NCBI GenBank assembly: GCA_963827785.1
Contig: CAWHCT010000020.1
Coordinates: 180,129-244,128, forward strand
Direction of reading: 5' to 3'
DNA length: 64,000 bases
From: an uncultured Flavobacteriaceae bacterium
GTDB lineage: Bacteria > Bacteroidota > Bacteroidia > Flavobacteriales > Flavobacteriaceae
The notes below the pieces were generated by a model, which saw only the letters and a program-made list of their open reading frames with translations, was not told where the DNA came from and did no database searches. Position 1 is the stretch's first letter, and each line of letters begins with the position of its first letter. This document shows positions 30,523 through 40,233 of this stretch, in pieces. The translations under genes and the position numbers were made by a program.

Positions 30523-31136
30523 TGCAGTTAGATATAGATAAAATAAATAGTGATTTGAAAGATAGATCGCCTCAGGAGATCATTCAATGGGCAATATCTT
30601 GTGCAAAAAATCCTGTGGTTACCACCAATTTTAGACCATATGAAGTAGTTATTCTACATGCCGTAATATCCGTGAATAAAGATATTAAGGTTATTTGGTG
30701 TGATACAGGTTACAATACACCCAATACTTACAGGCATGCTGAAGAATTAATTAAGAAACTAAACTTAAATATCAAGCTATATGTTCCAAAACAAACATCT
30801 GCTCATAGAGATGTTGTTTTAGGAATTCCGGGTATCAAAGATCCAAAACATAAATTATTTACGGAGCAGGTCAAGTTGGAGCCTTTTAAACGCGCAATGG
30901 ATGAACATAAACCGGATGTCTGGTTTACAAATCTTCGTAAAGGTCAGACAGCTTTTAGAGATAGTATTGATATTGTATCTCAAGATAGAAATGGAGTCAT
31001 AAAAGTGAGTCCTTTTTACAATTGGTCAGATGCAGAGCTTGATAACTATCTAGTAAAAAACAATTTACCAAACGAATTTAAATATTTTGATCCTACTAAA
31101 GTTCTCGGTAACAGAGAATGTGGATTACATGCATAG
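30522..31136 (+). CDS. cysH: phosphoadenosine phosphosulfate (PAPS/APS) reductase
   Basis: C-terminal ECGLH motif. No CC…CxxC Fe-S cluster motif. The start is taken at the ATG overlapping the upstream stop (alternative start at 30510). Confidence 0.85.
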   Translation: MQLDIDKINSDLKDRSPQEIIQWAISCAKNPVVTTNFRPYEVVILHAVISVNKDIKVIWCDTGYNTPNTYRHAEELIKKLNLNIKLYVPKQTSAHRDVVLGIPGIKDPKHKLFTEQVKLEPFKRAMDEHKPDVWFTNLRKGQTAFRDSIDIVSQDRNGVIKVSPFYNWSDAELDNYLVKNNLPNEFKYFDPTKVLGNRECGLHA

Positions 31137-31141
31137 ACATT

Positions 31142-32047
31142 ATGAAAGAAAGCACAATCCATATTAATCCGTTAGAGAATGAGGCTATTTATATCATGCG
31201 AGAAGTAGCTGCACAGTTTGAAAGGCCTGTACTATTGTTTTCTGGAGGAAAAGATTCAATAACACTGGTGCGATTAGCTCAAAAAGCATTTTATCCCGCA
31301 AAGATTCCATTTCCTTTAATGCATATTGATACGGGGCATAACTTTCCCGAAACCATAGAATTTAGGGATAAACTTGTAAAAGAATTGGGACTGGAACTTA
31401 TTATAAGACATGTTCAGGATTCTATTGATCAGGGCAGGGTAAAGGAAGAATCAGGCAGATATGCAAGCAGAAACATGTTGCAAACGACTACTCTTTTGGA
31501 TGCCATTGAGGAATTTAGATTTGATGCTTGCATTGGTGGAGCCCGCAGAGATGAGGAAAAAGCAAGAGCCAAGGAAAGAATTTTTTCTGTTCGTGATGAC
31601 TTTGGTCAATGGGATGAAAAAAATCAAAGGCCGGAATTGTTTGATATGTTAAACGGTGAAATTGAATTAGGGCAAAACGTAAGGGTTTTTCCTATTTCAA
31701 ACTGGACAGAATTAGATGTTTGGTCATACATAGAAAAAGAACAAATTGAGATTCCATCAATTTATTTTGCCCATAAGCGAAAGATATTTTTAAGAGATGG
31801 CTTAATCTGGTCTGCATATGATGATTATGTATATAGAGAGGATAGCGAAGAAGTTGTTGAGGAAACAGTTCGATTCAGAACCGTTGGTGACATGAGTTGT
31901 ACAGCTGCTGTTTTATCCGACGCTACTGATATTTCGACAGTAGTCGATGAAATTAGAAATTCTGATATTTCTGAAAGAGGAGCACGGATTGATGATAAAA
32001 GATCTGAAGCAGCTATGGAAAAACGGAAGCAACAAGGGTATTTTTAA
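31142..32047 (+). CDS. cysD: sulfate adenylyltransferase subunit 2
   Basis: PP-loop SGGKDS. Start moved to MKESTIHINPLENEAIYIMREV. Confidence 0.92.
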   Translation: MKESTIHINPLENEAIYIMREVAAQFERPVLLFSGGKDSITLVRLAQKAFYPAKIPFPLMHIDTGHNFPETIEFRDKLVKELGLELIIRHVQDSIDQGRVKEESGRYASRNMLQTTTLLDAIEEFRFDACIGGARRDEEKARAKERIFSVRDDFGQWDEKNQRPELFDMLNGEIELGQNVRVFPISNWTELDVWSYIEKEQIEIPSIYFAHKRKIFLRDGLIWSAYDDYVYREDSEEVVEETVRFRTVGDMSCTAAVLSDATDISTVVDEIRNSDISERGARIDDKRSEAAMEKRKQQGYF

Positions 32048-32114
32048 TCCCCATAAAACCAAAAGGGTAGGTTGATTTAGTGAGCAAAAAAAGATTATAA
32101 ATAATAAAAAGAAT

Positions 32115-32131
32115 CCTTCCCTTCGGGAAGG
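32115..32131 (+). repeat. hairpin repeat copy B (ccttccc-ttc-gggaagg)
   Basis: 7-bp perfect stem ending 5 nt before the cysN ATG. It lies inside an unusual 89-nt cysD-cysN spacer. Confidence 0.6.
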
Positions 32132-32136
32132 TTAGG

Positions 32137-33390
32137 ATGGGAATGGATGTTTTAAAAATTGCAACAGCAGGAAGTGTAGACGATGGGAAGAGCACCTTAA
32201 TAGGAAGACTGCTTTATGATACAGAATCACTAACTGTAGATAAGTTGGAAGCAATCAAAAGAACCAGCGAACAAAAAGGATATGATTACTTAGATTTTTC
32301 TTTAGCGACCGATGGATTGGTAGCTGAACGTGAGCAAGGAATTACAATCGATGTAGCTCATATTTACTTTTCAACTCCAACCAGAAGCTACATAATTGCC
32401 GATACACCAGGTCATGTTGAATATACAAGAAATATGGTTACTGGTGCATCTACATCACAAGCAGCCATTATTTTAATCGATGCCAGAAAAGGAGTTATCG
32501 AGCAAACATACCGTCATTTTTTTATAACTAATTTATTACAGGTTAAGGATGTGATTGTCGCTATCAATAAAATGGATTTGGTCGATTTTTCTAAGGAAGT
32601 GTATAATGAGATTAAATCAGATTTTAAAGAGCTGATAAGTAAATCTGATTATAAAGATCAAAGCGTTACATTTATTCCTGTGAGTGCTTTACAAGGAGAT
32701 AATGTTGTGCAAATGTCTAGAAAAATGACCTGGTATAAAGGCCAAACTTTACTTGAACATTTAGAACTGTTGGATGTTGAAGATATTTACAATATTGGAA
32801 CTCCAAGATTTCCCATACAATATGTTATCAGACCCAAAACAATCAATTTTCATGACTTCCGGGGTTATGCGGGAAAAGTTTATGGAGGTGATTTAAGTGT
32901 TGGTGATGAAGTTGTCGTATTACCTTCTCAAACCAAATCTAAAATAAAAGAAATTCATTTTTATGATAAATCATATCTCACTGCTTCAAGACGATCTTCG
33001 GTTACTATCACTCTGGAAGACGATATTAATATAAGTAGAGGAGATATTTTAGTAAAATCGGGCGAACTACCTAAAATTGAAAAGCAACTGGAAGCAGTTA
33101 TCTGTTGGATGGATTTCCAGCCTTTAAATTCAGGCTCAAAATATATTTTACAACATGGTGTGAATAAAGTTCTGGCAAAAGTTAAAAATATCAATCATAT
33201 GATTCATCCTGATTATTCAGGTATTGAAATGAACATAAATGAATTAAAAATGAATGATATTGCCTCGGTCGATTTTCAGTTGAATAAACCAATTTATTTT
33301 GATGCATTTAAAGATCACAGAACTAATGGATCATTCATTTTAATAGATACCATGTCTAACAATACGGTTGGAGTAGGATTCATTCAATAA
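32137..33390 (+). CDS. cysN: sulfate adenylyltransferase subunit 1 (GTPase; no fused APS kinase)
   Basis: 417 aa. G-motifs GSVDDGKST, DTPGH and NKMD. Confidence 0.92.
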   Translation: MGMDVLKIATAGSVDDGKSTLIGRLLYDTESLTVDKLEAIKRTSEQKGYDYLDFSLATDGLVAEREQGITIDVAHIYFSTPTRSYIIADTPGHVEYTRNMVTGASTSQAAIILIDARKGVIEQTYRHFFITNLLQVKDVIVAINKMDLVDFSKEVYNEIKSDFKELISKSDYKDQSVTFIPVSALQGDNVVQMSRKMTWYKGQTLLEHLELLDVEDIYNIGTPRFPIQYVIRPKTINFHDFRGYAGKVYGGDLSVGDEVVVLPSQTKSKIKEIHFYDKSYLTASRRSSVTITLEDDINISRGDILVKSGELPKIEKQLEAVICWMDFQPLNSGSKYILQHGVNKVLAKVKNINHMIHPDYSGIEMNINELKMNDIASVDFQLNKPIYFDAFKDHRTNGSFILIDTMSNNTVGVGFIQ

Positions 33391-33461
33391 AATCATAAAA
33401 TTTATTTGTTTTTGAACTCGCTATATTGTTTATTTGTGGCAAGTTCAAACATTTATTGATT

Positions 33462-33623
33462 GTTATCATGAAAGGCAGAGGGATTGGACCCATTGAAGCC
33501 TTAGCAACCCTTTACTTTAAAGAAGGTGCTAAATTCTACCATTAGTGCTGTACTTGTTTCAGCACCTTTTTTGAATTAATTCAAAAATGGACAGATAACC
33601 AAAGGTAAATCCTATTTACTTTT
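33462..33623 (+). promoter_or_regulatory. SAM-I (S-box) riboswitch plus downstream hairpin
   Basis: Matches the S-box core: gttatcatgaaaggcagagggattggacccattgaagccttagcaaccc…aaggtgctaaattctacc…acagataac. A hairpin aaaggtaaat/atttactttt lies at 33601-33623. Located upstream of metH. Confidence 0.85.
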
Positions 33624-33653
33624 CTGATGACATATGAATACAATTTAAAGAAT

Positions 33654-36600
33654 ATGTCAAATTTAAAAACCGAATTACAAAAACGAATATTAGTTTTGGA
33701 TGGAGCTATGGGCACCATGCTTCAGCAATATAATTTCACTGAAGAAGATTATCAGAGGTGAAAGGTTTAAAGATTATCCAACATCGTTAAAGGGAAATAA
33801 TGATCTGTTATCCCTTAACACAACCCAAAGCAATAGCCGAAATACATCGTAAATATTTAGAAGCCGGAGCAGATATAATTGAAACAAACACTTTCTCAGG
33901 AACATCCATTGCGATGGCTGACTATAATATGGAAAATCTGGTGTATGAATTAAATTTTGAATCGGCTAAAATTGCTAAAAAAGTAGCTGAAGAATTTACG
34001 ATAAAAAATCCTGATAAACCTAGATTTGTTGCTGGCAGTATTGGTCCAACCAACAAAACAGCCAGTTTGTCACCAGACGTTAATAAACCTGAATATAGAG
34101 CTATTACTTTTGAAGAATTAAGAAAGTCGTATAAAGAACAGGTTGAAGCTTTAATTGATGGAGGAGTAGATGTACTGCTTGTAGAGACTATTTTTGATAC
34201 TTTAAATGCCAAAGCAGCACTTTTTGCAATTGAAGAAGTTAAAGAAGAACGAAATATTGATATTCCCATAATGGTATCCGGAACCATAACAGATGCATCT
34301 GGAAGGACTTTATCCGGACAAACCGTAGAAGCTTTTTTAGCTTCAATTTCTCATATTCCTTTGCTTAGTGTTGGCTTTAACTGTGCTCTTGGAGCAGAGC
34401 AATTGAAACCATATGTCCAACGCTTGTCAAGTAAAACACATTTTTATACTTCTGCACATCCAAATGCGGGATTACCAAATGCATTTGGAGAATATGATCA
34501 ATCTCCTGAAGAGATGAAGAACTTAATTGAAGATTATCTAAAAGATGGAATCATAAATGTAATTGGCGGATGTTGTGGGACGAATCCAGAACATATTAAA
34601 GCCATTGCAGGTGTTGCTCAAAAATACGAACCAAGACAAATTGAAGCAGAAGTTTAATGAAGGAAGGAAACTGTAAATACTTAACCCTATCGGGATTAGA
34701 GCCCTTGTTGTTACTCCGGAAAGTAATTTTATAAATGTTGGGGAACGAACCAATGTGACAGGTTCCAGAAAATTCTTAAGATTAATAAAAGAAGAAAAAT
34801 ATGATGAAGCGTTGGATGTTGCAAGACATCAGGTTGAGGGAGGAGCGCAGATTTTAGATGTGAATATGGATGAAGGAATGTTGGATGGGGTTTATGCCAT
34901 GACAACTTTCCTAAATCTGATTGCTTCAGAACCGGATATTTCACGAATACCTGTAATGATCGACAGTTCTAAATGGGAGATCATCGAAGCCGGATTGAGA
35001 GTGGTTCAAGGCAAATGGGTAGTAAACTCGATCAGTTTAAAGGAAGGTGAAAAAGAATTCATACGTCAGGCTAAACTGGTAAAACGATATGGAGCTGCAG
35101 TCATTGTGATGGCTTTTGATGAGACAAGGACAGGCTGATACTTACCAAAGACGTATTGAGATTTGTAAACGGTGTTATGATATTCTTGTAAATGAAGTTA
35201 ATTTTCCTCCTCAGGACATTATTTTCGATCCTAATATATTTCCGGTGGCTACTGGAATGGATGAACACAGGAAAAATGCAATAGACTTTTTTAAAGCAGC
35301 ACAATGGATTCGAAAAAATTTACCATGTGCAAATGTTTCAGGAGGTGTGAGCAATGTGTCATTTTCATTTAGAGGAAATAACACAGTACGTGAAGCGATG
35401 CATTCGTCATTTCTATATCATGCCATTAAACATGGGATGAATATGGGTATAGTGAATCCTGCCATGTTAGAAGTTTACGATGAAATTCCCAAAGACCTGC
35501 TAGAGCGAGTAGAAGACGTTCTTTTAGATAGACGTGATGATGCCACAGAACGATTATTGGAATTTGCTGAAACTGTCAAAGGTCAAAAAAAGGAAGATGA
35601 TCAAACAGTACAGGAATGGAGAAATGAAAGTCTGCAGGAAAGAATTACCCATTCTTTGGTCAAAGGAATAGATGCTTTTATTATTGAAGATGTCGAAGAA
35701 GCTAGACAATCCGTTTCAAGACCAATTGAAGTCATTGAAGGTCACTTAATGATAGGTATGAACGTGGTTGGTGATCTGTTTGGTAGTGGAAAAATGTTCT
35801 TACCACAAGTAGTAAAATCTGCTCGTGTCATGAAAAAAGCTGTTGCTTATTTGCAGCCGTTTATTGAAGCTGAAAAAGACGGAAAGCAAGAGTTTGCTGG
35901 TAAAATTTTGATGGCTACGGTAAAAGGAGATGTTCATGATATCGGAAAGAATATAGTAAGTGTAGTTTTAGGTTGTAATAATTATGAAATTATTGATCTC
36001 GGTGTCATGGTTCCTCCTGAAAAAATATTAGAGATTGCCAGAAAGGAAAATGTAGATGTCATTGGTTTAAGCGGATTAATAACACCTTCTTTAGATGAGA
36101 TGGTATTCCTATCCAAAGAAATGGACAAGCAAAACTTCCAGATTCCATTGATTGTTGGTGGAGCTACTACATCAAAAGCACATTCAGCAGTTAAGATCGC
36201 TCCAAATTATTCCCATACTGTCGTTCATGTAAATGATGCCTCAAGAGCAGTTACTGTAGTTGGAAATTTACTCCAAAAGGATAATCAAATCTATAAAGAA
36301 CAAATTAGACAGGAATACAACAAATTCAGAGAGCAATTTTTAAATCGGTCCCAAAAGAAAGAATTTATATCTATTGAAGAAGCCAGAAAGAATAATTTTA
36401 AAATTGATTGGAAATCGATAGAAATTGTAAAACCAAAGCAATTAGGCATTCAAATCATAGAAGATTTGGATATTGCAAAACTTGAGGAATTTATTGATTG
36501 GTCGCCTTTTTTCCGCAGTTGGGATTTACATGGAAGATATCCTGATATATTAACTGATGAGGTCGTAGGGACTCAGGCTTCAGAATTGTTCAAAGATGCT

Positions 36601-37335
36601 CAGGAATTATTAAGTAGAATTTTTAAAGAGAAGCTGCTTAAAGCTAAAGCCATTTTTGGATTGTTTCCTGCTAACTCCGTAAATATTGATGATATTGAAA
36701 TTTATTTAAAAAATGAAGGAAGACAAAAAACATTTTTAACCCTTCGTCAACAACTAAAAAAACGCGATGGTGTTCCAAGTTTAGCCTTAGCAGATTTTAT
36801 AGCACCAAAGGAAACGGGTATGCAAGATTATATGGGCTGTTTCTGTGTGACAACTGGTTTTGGAACTCAGGAATTGGCTGCTAAATTTGAAGAAGCTCAT
36901 GACGATTACAATTCGATCATGATCAAAGCATTGGCAGATCGTTTAGCTGAGGCATTTGCAGAATATTTGCATAAGGAAGTAAGAACAAATTATTGGGGCT
37001 ATGCAGTAAATGAAAGCTTATCAAACGAAGAATTAATCAAAGAAAGTTATAAAGGGATACGACCGGCTCCGGGATATCCTGCATGTCCCGATCATCTTGA
37101 GAAACAAACAATTTGGGATTTACTTAAGGTAGAAGAATCAATAGGAGTGAAATTAACGGAAAGTTTAGCCATGTGGCCGGCAGCAAGTGTGAGTGGCTAT
37201 TATTTTGGGAATCCGGAAGCCAAATATTTTGGGTTAGGAAAGATTACGGAAGATCAATTAAAGGATTATGCCAAACGTCGGGGAATATCAACTGAAGAAG
37301 CCCAAAAATGGCTGAATCCCAATTTAGCACAATAA
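33654..37335 (+). pseudogene. metH: cobalamin-dependent methionine synthase, reading frame interrupted 5 times in the first 1.5 kb
   Basis: After frame joining the homology is continuous (MSNLKTELQKRILVLDGAMGT… / [21 protein letters not shown] / [10 protein letters not shown]…GGCCGT / …LTLSGLEPL / [20 protein letters not shown]…AMAFDE / [10 protein letters not shown]…DVHDIGKN…[12 protein letters not shown]). The shifts are near 33753, 33818, 34650, 34705 and 35124. The final 739 codons are intact. Confidence 0.85.
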
Positions 37336-37342
37336 TGAAAAA

Positions 37343-38296
37343 ATGAAAGTTACAGATCATTTAAAAAAATCAGAAGGAAAGACCATGTTTTCTTTCGAGA
37401 TCATTCCACCTAAGAAAGGAAAGAATATCCAGGAACTCTATAATAACATTGACCCTCTAATGGAATTCAAACCTCCTTTTATTGATGTTACAACTTCCCG
37501 TGAAGAATATATTTATATTGAAAAACAGGGACTTTTAGACAGAAAGATAACCAGAATGCGTCCAGGAACAGTCGGAATTTGTGCAGCCATCAAACATAAG
37601 TACGATGTAGATACTGTGCCACATGTATTATGCGGAGGATTCACAAAAGAAGAAACTGAATATTTACTCGTTGATTGCCATTATCTGGGGATTAATAATG
37701 TCATGGCATTGCGAGGTGATGCAATGAAAGAACAAAAATATTTTGAAGCAGCCAAAGGCGGTCATGAATTCGCTAAAGATTTGGTGAGTCAGATAAAGAA
37801 ATTGAATGAAGGAAAATATCTGCATGATGTTATGGAAGTAGACGATAAGGCGGACTTTTGTATTGGGGTTGCAGGTTATCCGGAAAAACATATTGAAGCA
37901 CCATCGCTTCAATCCGATTTAAAAAGACTCAAGGAAAAAGTAGATGCGGGCGCAGATTATGTGGTGACTCAAATGTTTTTTGACAACAAGAAGTATTTTG
38001 AATTTGTTGAATTGGCTAGAAAATCAGGAATTGAAGTTCCAATCATTCCTGGAATAAAACCAATTGCTGTAAAAAGGCATCTTCAACTCCTTCCACAAGT
38101 CTTTAAAATTGATTTACCCCAGGACCTTATTCATGCTGTTGAGGTATGCAAGGACAATAAAGAAGTAAGGCAAGTTGGCGTAGAATGGGCTTTGGAGCAA
38201 TCAAAAGAACTTCAAAAAGCAGGAGTTCCCGTACTTCATTTTTATTCTATGGGGAAAAGTGATAATATTAAAGCTATTGCTTCTAAACTGTTTTAG
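37343..38296 (+). CDS. metF: methylenetetrahydrofolate reductase
   Basis: 317 aa. FSFEIIPPK… and the typical MTHFR TIM-barrel sequence. Lies 8 nt after metH. Confidence 0.9.
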   Translation: MKVTDHLKKSEGKTMFSFEIIPPKKGKNIQELYNNIDPLMEFKPPFIDVTTSREEYIYIEKQGLLDRKITRMRPGTVGICAAIKHKYDVDTVPHVLCGGFTKEETEYLLVDCHYLGINNVMALRGDAMKEQKYFEAAKGGHEFAKDLVSQIKKLNEGKYLHDVMEVDDKADFCIGVAGYPEKHIEAPSLQSDLKRLKEKVDAGADYVVTQMFFDNKKYFEFVELARKSGIEVPIIPGIKPIAVKRHLQLLPQVFKIDLPQDLIHAVEVCKDNKEVRQVGVEWALEQSKELQKAGVPVLHFYSMGKSDNIKAIASKLF

Positions 38297-38335
38297 TTGA
38301 ATTATTCTCTTATTTTTGCTTCACAACTTTCTTTA

Positions 38336-39426
38336 ATGAAGCATTTAGTAGCCTGCATGTTGTTTTTATTGAGTTTTTTGAACTATGGACAGGACACTCA
38401 AATTTCATCTTATATTGATGTTAATTACTTTAAGGGCAATATTGCGTTGCATAATGATGATATTCTGCATTTAATCGCCGGACATCCTGAAGGCGTTATT
38501 ATTGGTTGGAATAAGAAAACCTTTGGAGAAAATGAATGGGAACAACGATATGGTTATCCTGATTATGGCGTGTCCTTTGCTTATCAGAATTTAAAAAATG
38601 ATGTATTAGGAAATAACTACTCATTGTATGCCCATTATAATTTCTATTTTTTAAAACGAAACCTGATGGTGAGAATTGGTCAGGGAATAGCCTTTACTAC
38701 AAATCCTTATGATAAATTCAATAACCATAAAAATATTGCATTTGGATCTAAATTTATGAGTAGTACGTATGTCATGTTAAACTACAAAAAGGAACGTATT
38801 TTTGATAGATTTGGATTGCAGGGAGGATTAGCCTTATTACATTATTCAAATGCAAATGTTAAAGCTCCAAATACGAGCATAAATTCTATAACAATTAATC
38901 TGGGAATAGTTTACGATCTGAATGGAGATTCTGAATATATAAGCGACTTAACAGAAGAAAAATTCACTGAGCCGATAAAATATAACCTGGTTTTCAGAAG
39001 TGGTGTGAATGAAAGTGATGTGGTTGGAAGCGGACAGTTTCCATTCTATATTTTTTCTGGGTATGCAGATAAGCGAATCAATCATAAAAGTGCCTTTCAG
39101 CTGGGTACAGACATCTTCTTTTCAAATTTTTTAAAGGAGTTGATCTATTATAATTCCGTAGCTTTTCCTGGAAAATAATGTGGGAGGGAATGAAGATTAT
39201 AGACGTGATTGGTATTTTTGCCGGACATGAATTATTTATAAATAGATTATCTCTTGTGACTCAATTGGGATATTATGTTTATTATCCTTATGATTTTGAA
39301 GGCAGAACTTATTTCAGAGTAGGTTTAAAACGATATATCGGCGAAAAATGGTTTGGAGCTATCACTCTAAAGTCCCATGGAGCCAAGGCAGAAGCTGTTG
39401 AACTTGGAATAGGAATTAGATTGTAA
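38336..39426 (+). pseudogene. PagL-like acyloxyacyl hydrolase (lipid A deacylase family), frame interrupted near 39165-39215
   Basis: Signal peptide MKHLVACMLFLLSFLNYGQ and the motif LLHYSNANVKAPN. The C-terminal 82 aa (…GIFAGHELFINRLSLVTQLGYYVYYPY…) lie in another frame. One or two 1-nt shifts are needed. Confidence 0.65.
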
Positions 39427-39444
39427 ACTTAAAGATCATTTATT

Positions 39445-39461
39445 TCTTCCCTTTGGGAAGA
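39445..39461 (+). repeat. hairpin repeat copy C (tcttccc-ttt-gggaaga)
   Basis: 7-bp stem followed by ttcgcaaaagcaaca, a degenerate version of the second hairpin of copy A. It ends 21 nt before the ATG at 39483. Confidence 0.6.
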
Positions 39462-39482
39462 TTCGCAAAAGCAACAGATAGG

Positions 39483-40233
39483 ATGAAAAAATATATATAC
39501 ATATTATCTTTGATAAGTTTACTTGCCTGTGATAGCGAAAGTGCTTCAGATTGTTTTCAAACTTCAGGGGTCAATTAATTCAAAAGGAAATAACGGTTGC
39601 TCCATTCGAAAAGATTTTAGTAAATCGGATATTGAATTAATCATAAAAGAGGGTTTAGAATATGAAGTAGTTTTAGAAACAGGAGAAAATTTAATGAATG
39701 ATGTTGAAGCTTTTGTGGTAAGCAATGAATTAATTCTTACCGATAACAATTCATGCAACTATATAAGAGATTATGGAATTACAAAAATATATGTCACTGC
39801 ACCAAATTTGACAACAATTAGAAGTTCCACTCAATACGATATTTCCTCAGATGGGATTCTTAATTTTCCCAATATCACATTGGTTTGTGAAGATTTCAAT
39901 ACTCCGGGTAGTTTTACCGTTGGTGATTTTAGAATTCAAATTAATTCTACACGGTTAAGATTAGTTTCCAATAATATTTCATCTTTTTACATTTCCGGTC
40001 AGGTGGATGACTTGTTTATTGGATTTTATTCAGGAGCCGGAAGATTTGAAGGAGAGAACCTTGAAGCACAAAACATAGATGTTTATCACCGGGGAAGTAA
40101 CGATATGGTGGTTAATCCTCAACAATCTTTAACTGGTGAACTAAGAGGAACGGGAGATTTAATTTCACTAAATAATCCACCTATTGTTGAAATCGAGCAA
40201 CTATATACAGGACAATTAATATTTGAATATTAA
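39483..40233 (+). pseudogene. DUF2807-like (head GIN domain) lipoprotein, frame interrupted near 39567-39628
   Basis: Lipoprotein signal MKKYIYILSLISLLAC in frame 0, which stops at 39576. The body (…DIELIIKEGLEYEVVLETGENL…) is in frame +1. A third-frame stretch QLIQKEITVAPFEKILVN looks homologous too, which would imply two -1 shifts. Confidence 0.6.

Noticed and set aside
33654-35130. Programmed ribosomal frameshifting as an explanation for the interrupted metH and metB-like genes.
   Set aside because: Five and four shifts of mixed direction (+1 and -1) occur in single genes. There is no common slippery heptamer and no downstream structure at the shift sites. No known precedent fits. Sequence error or decay is far more likely.
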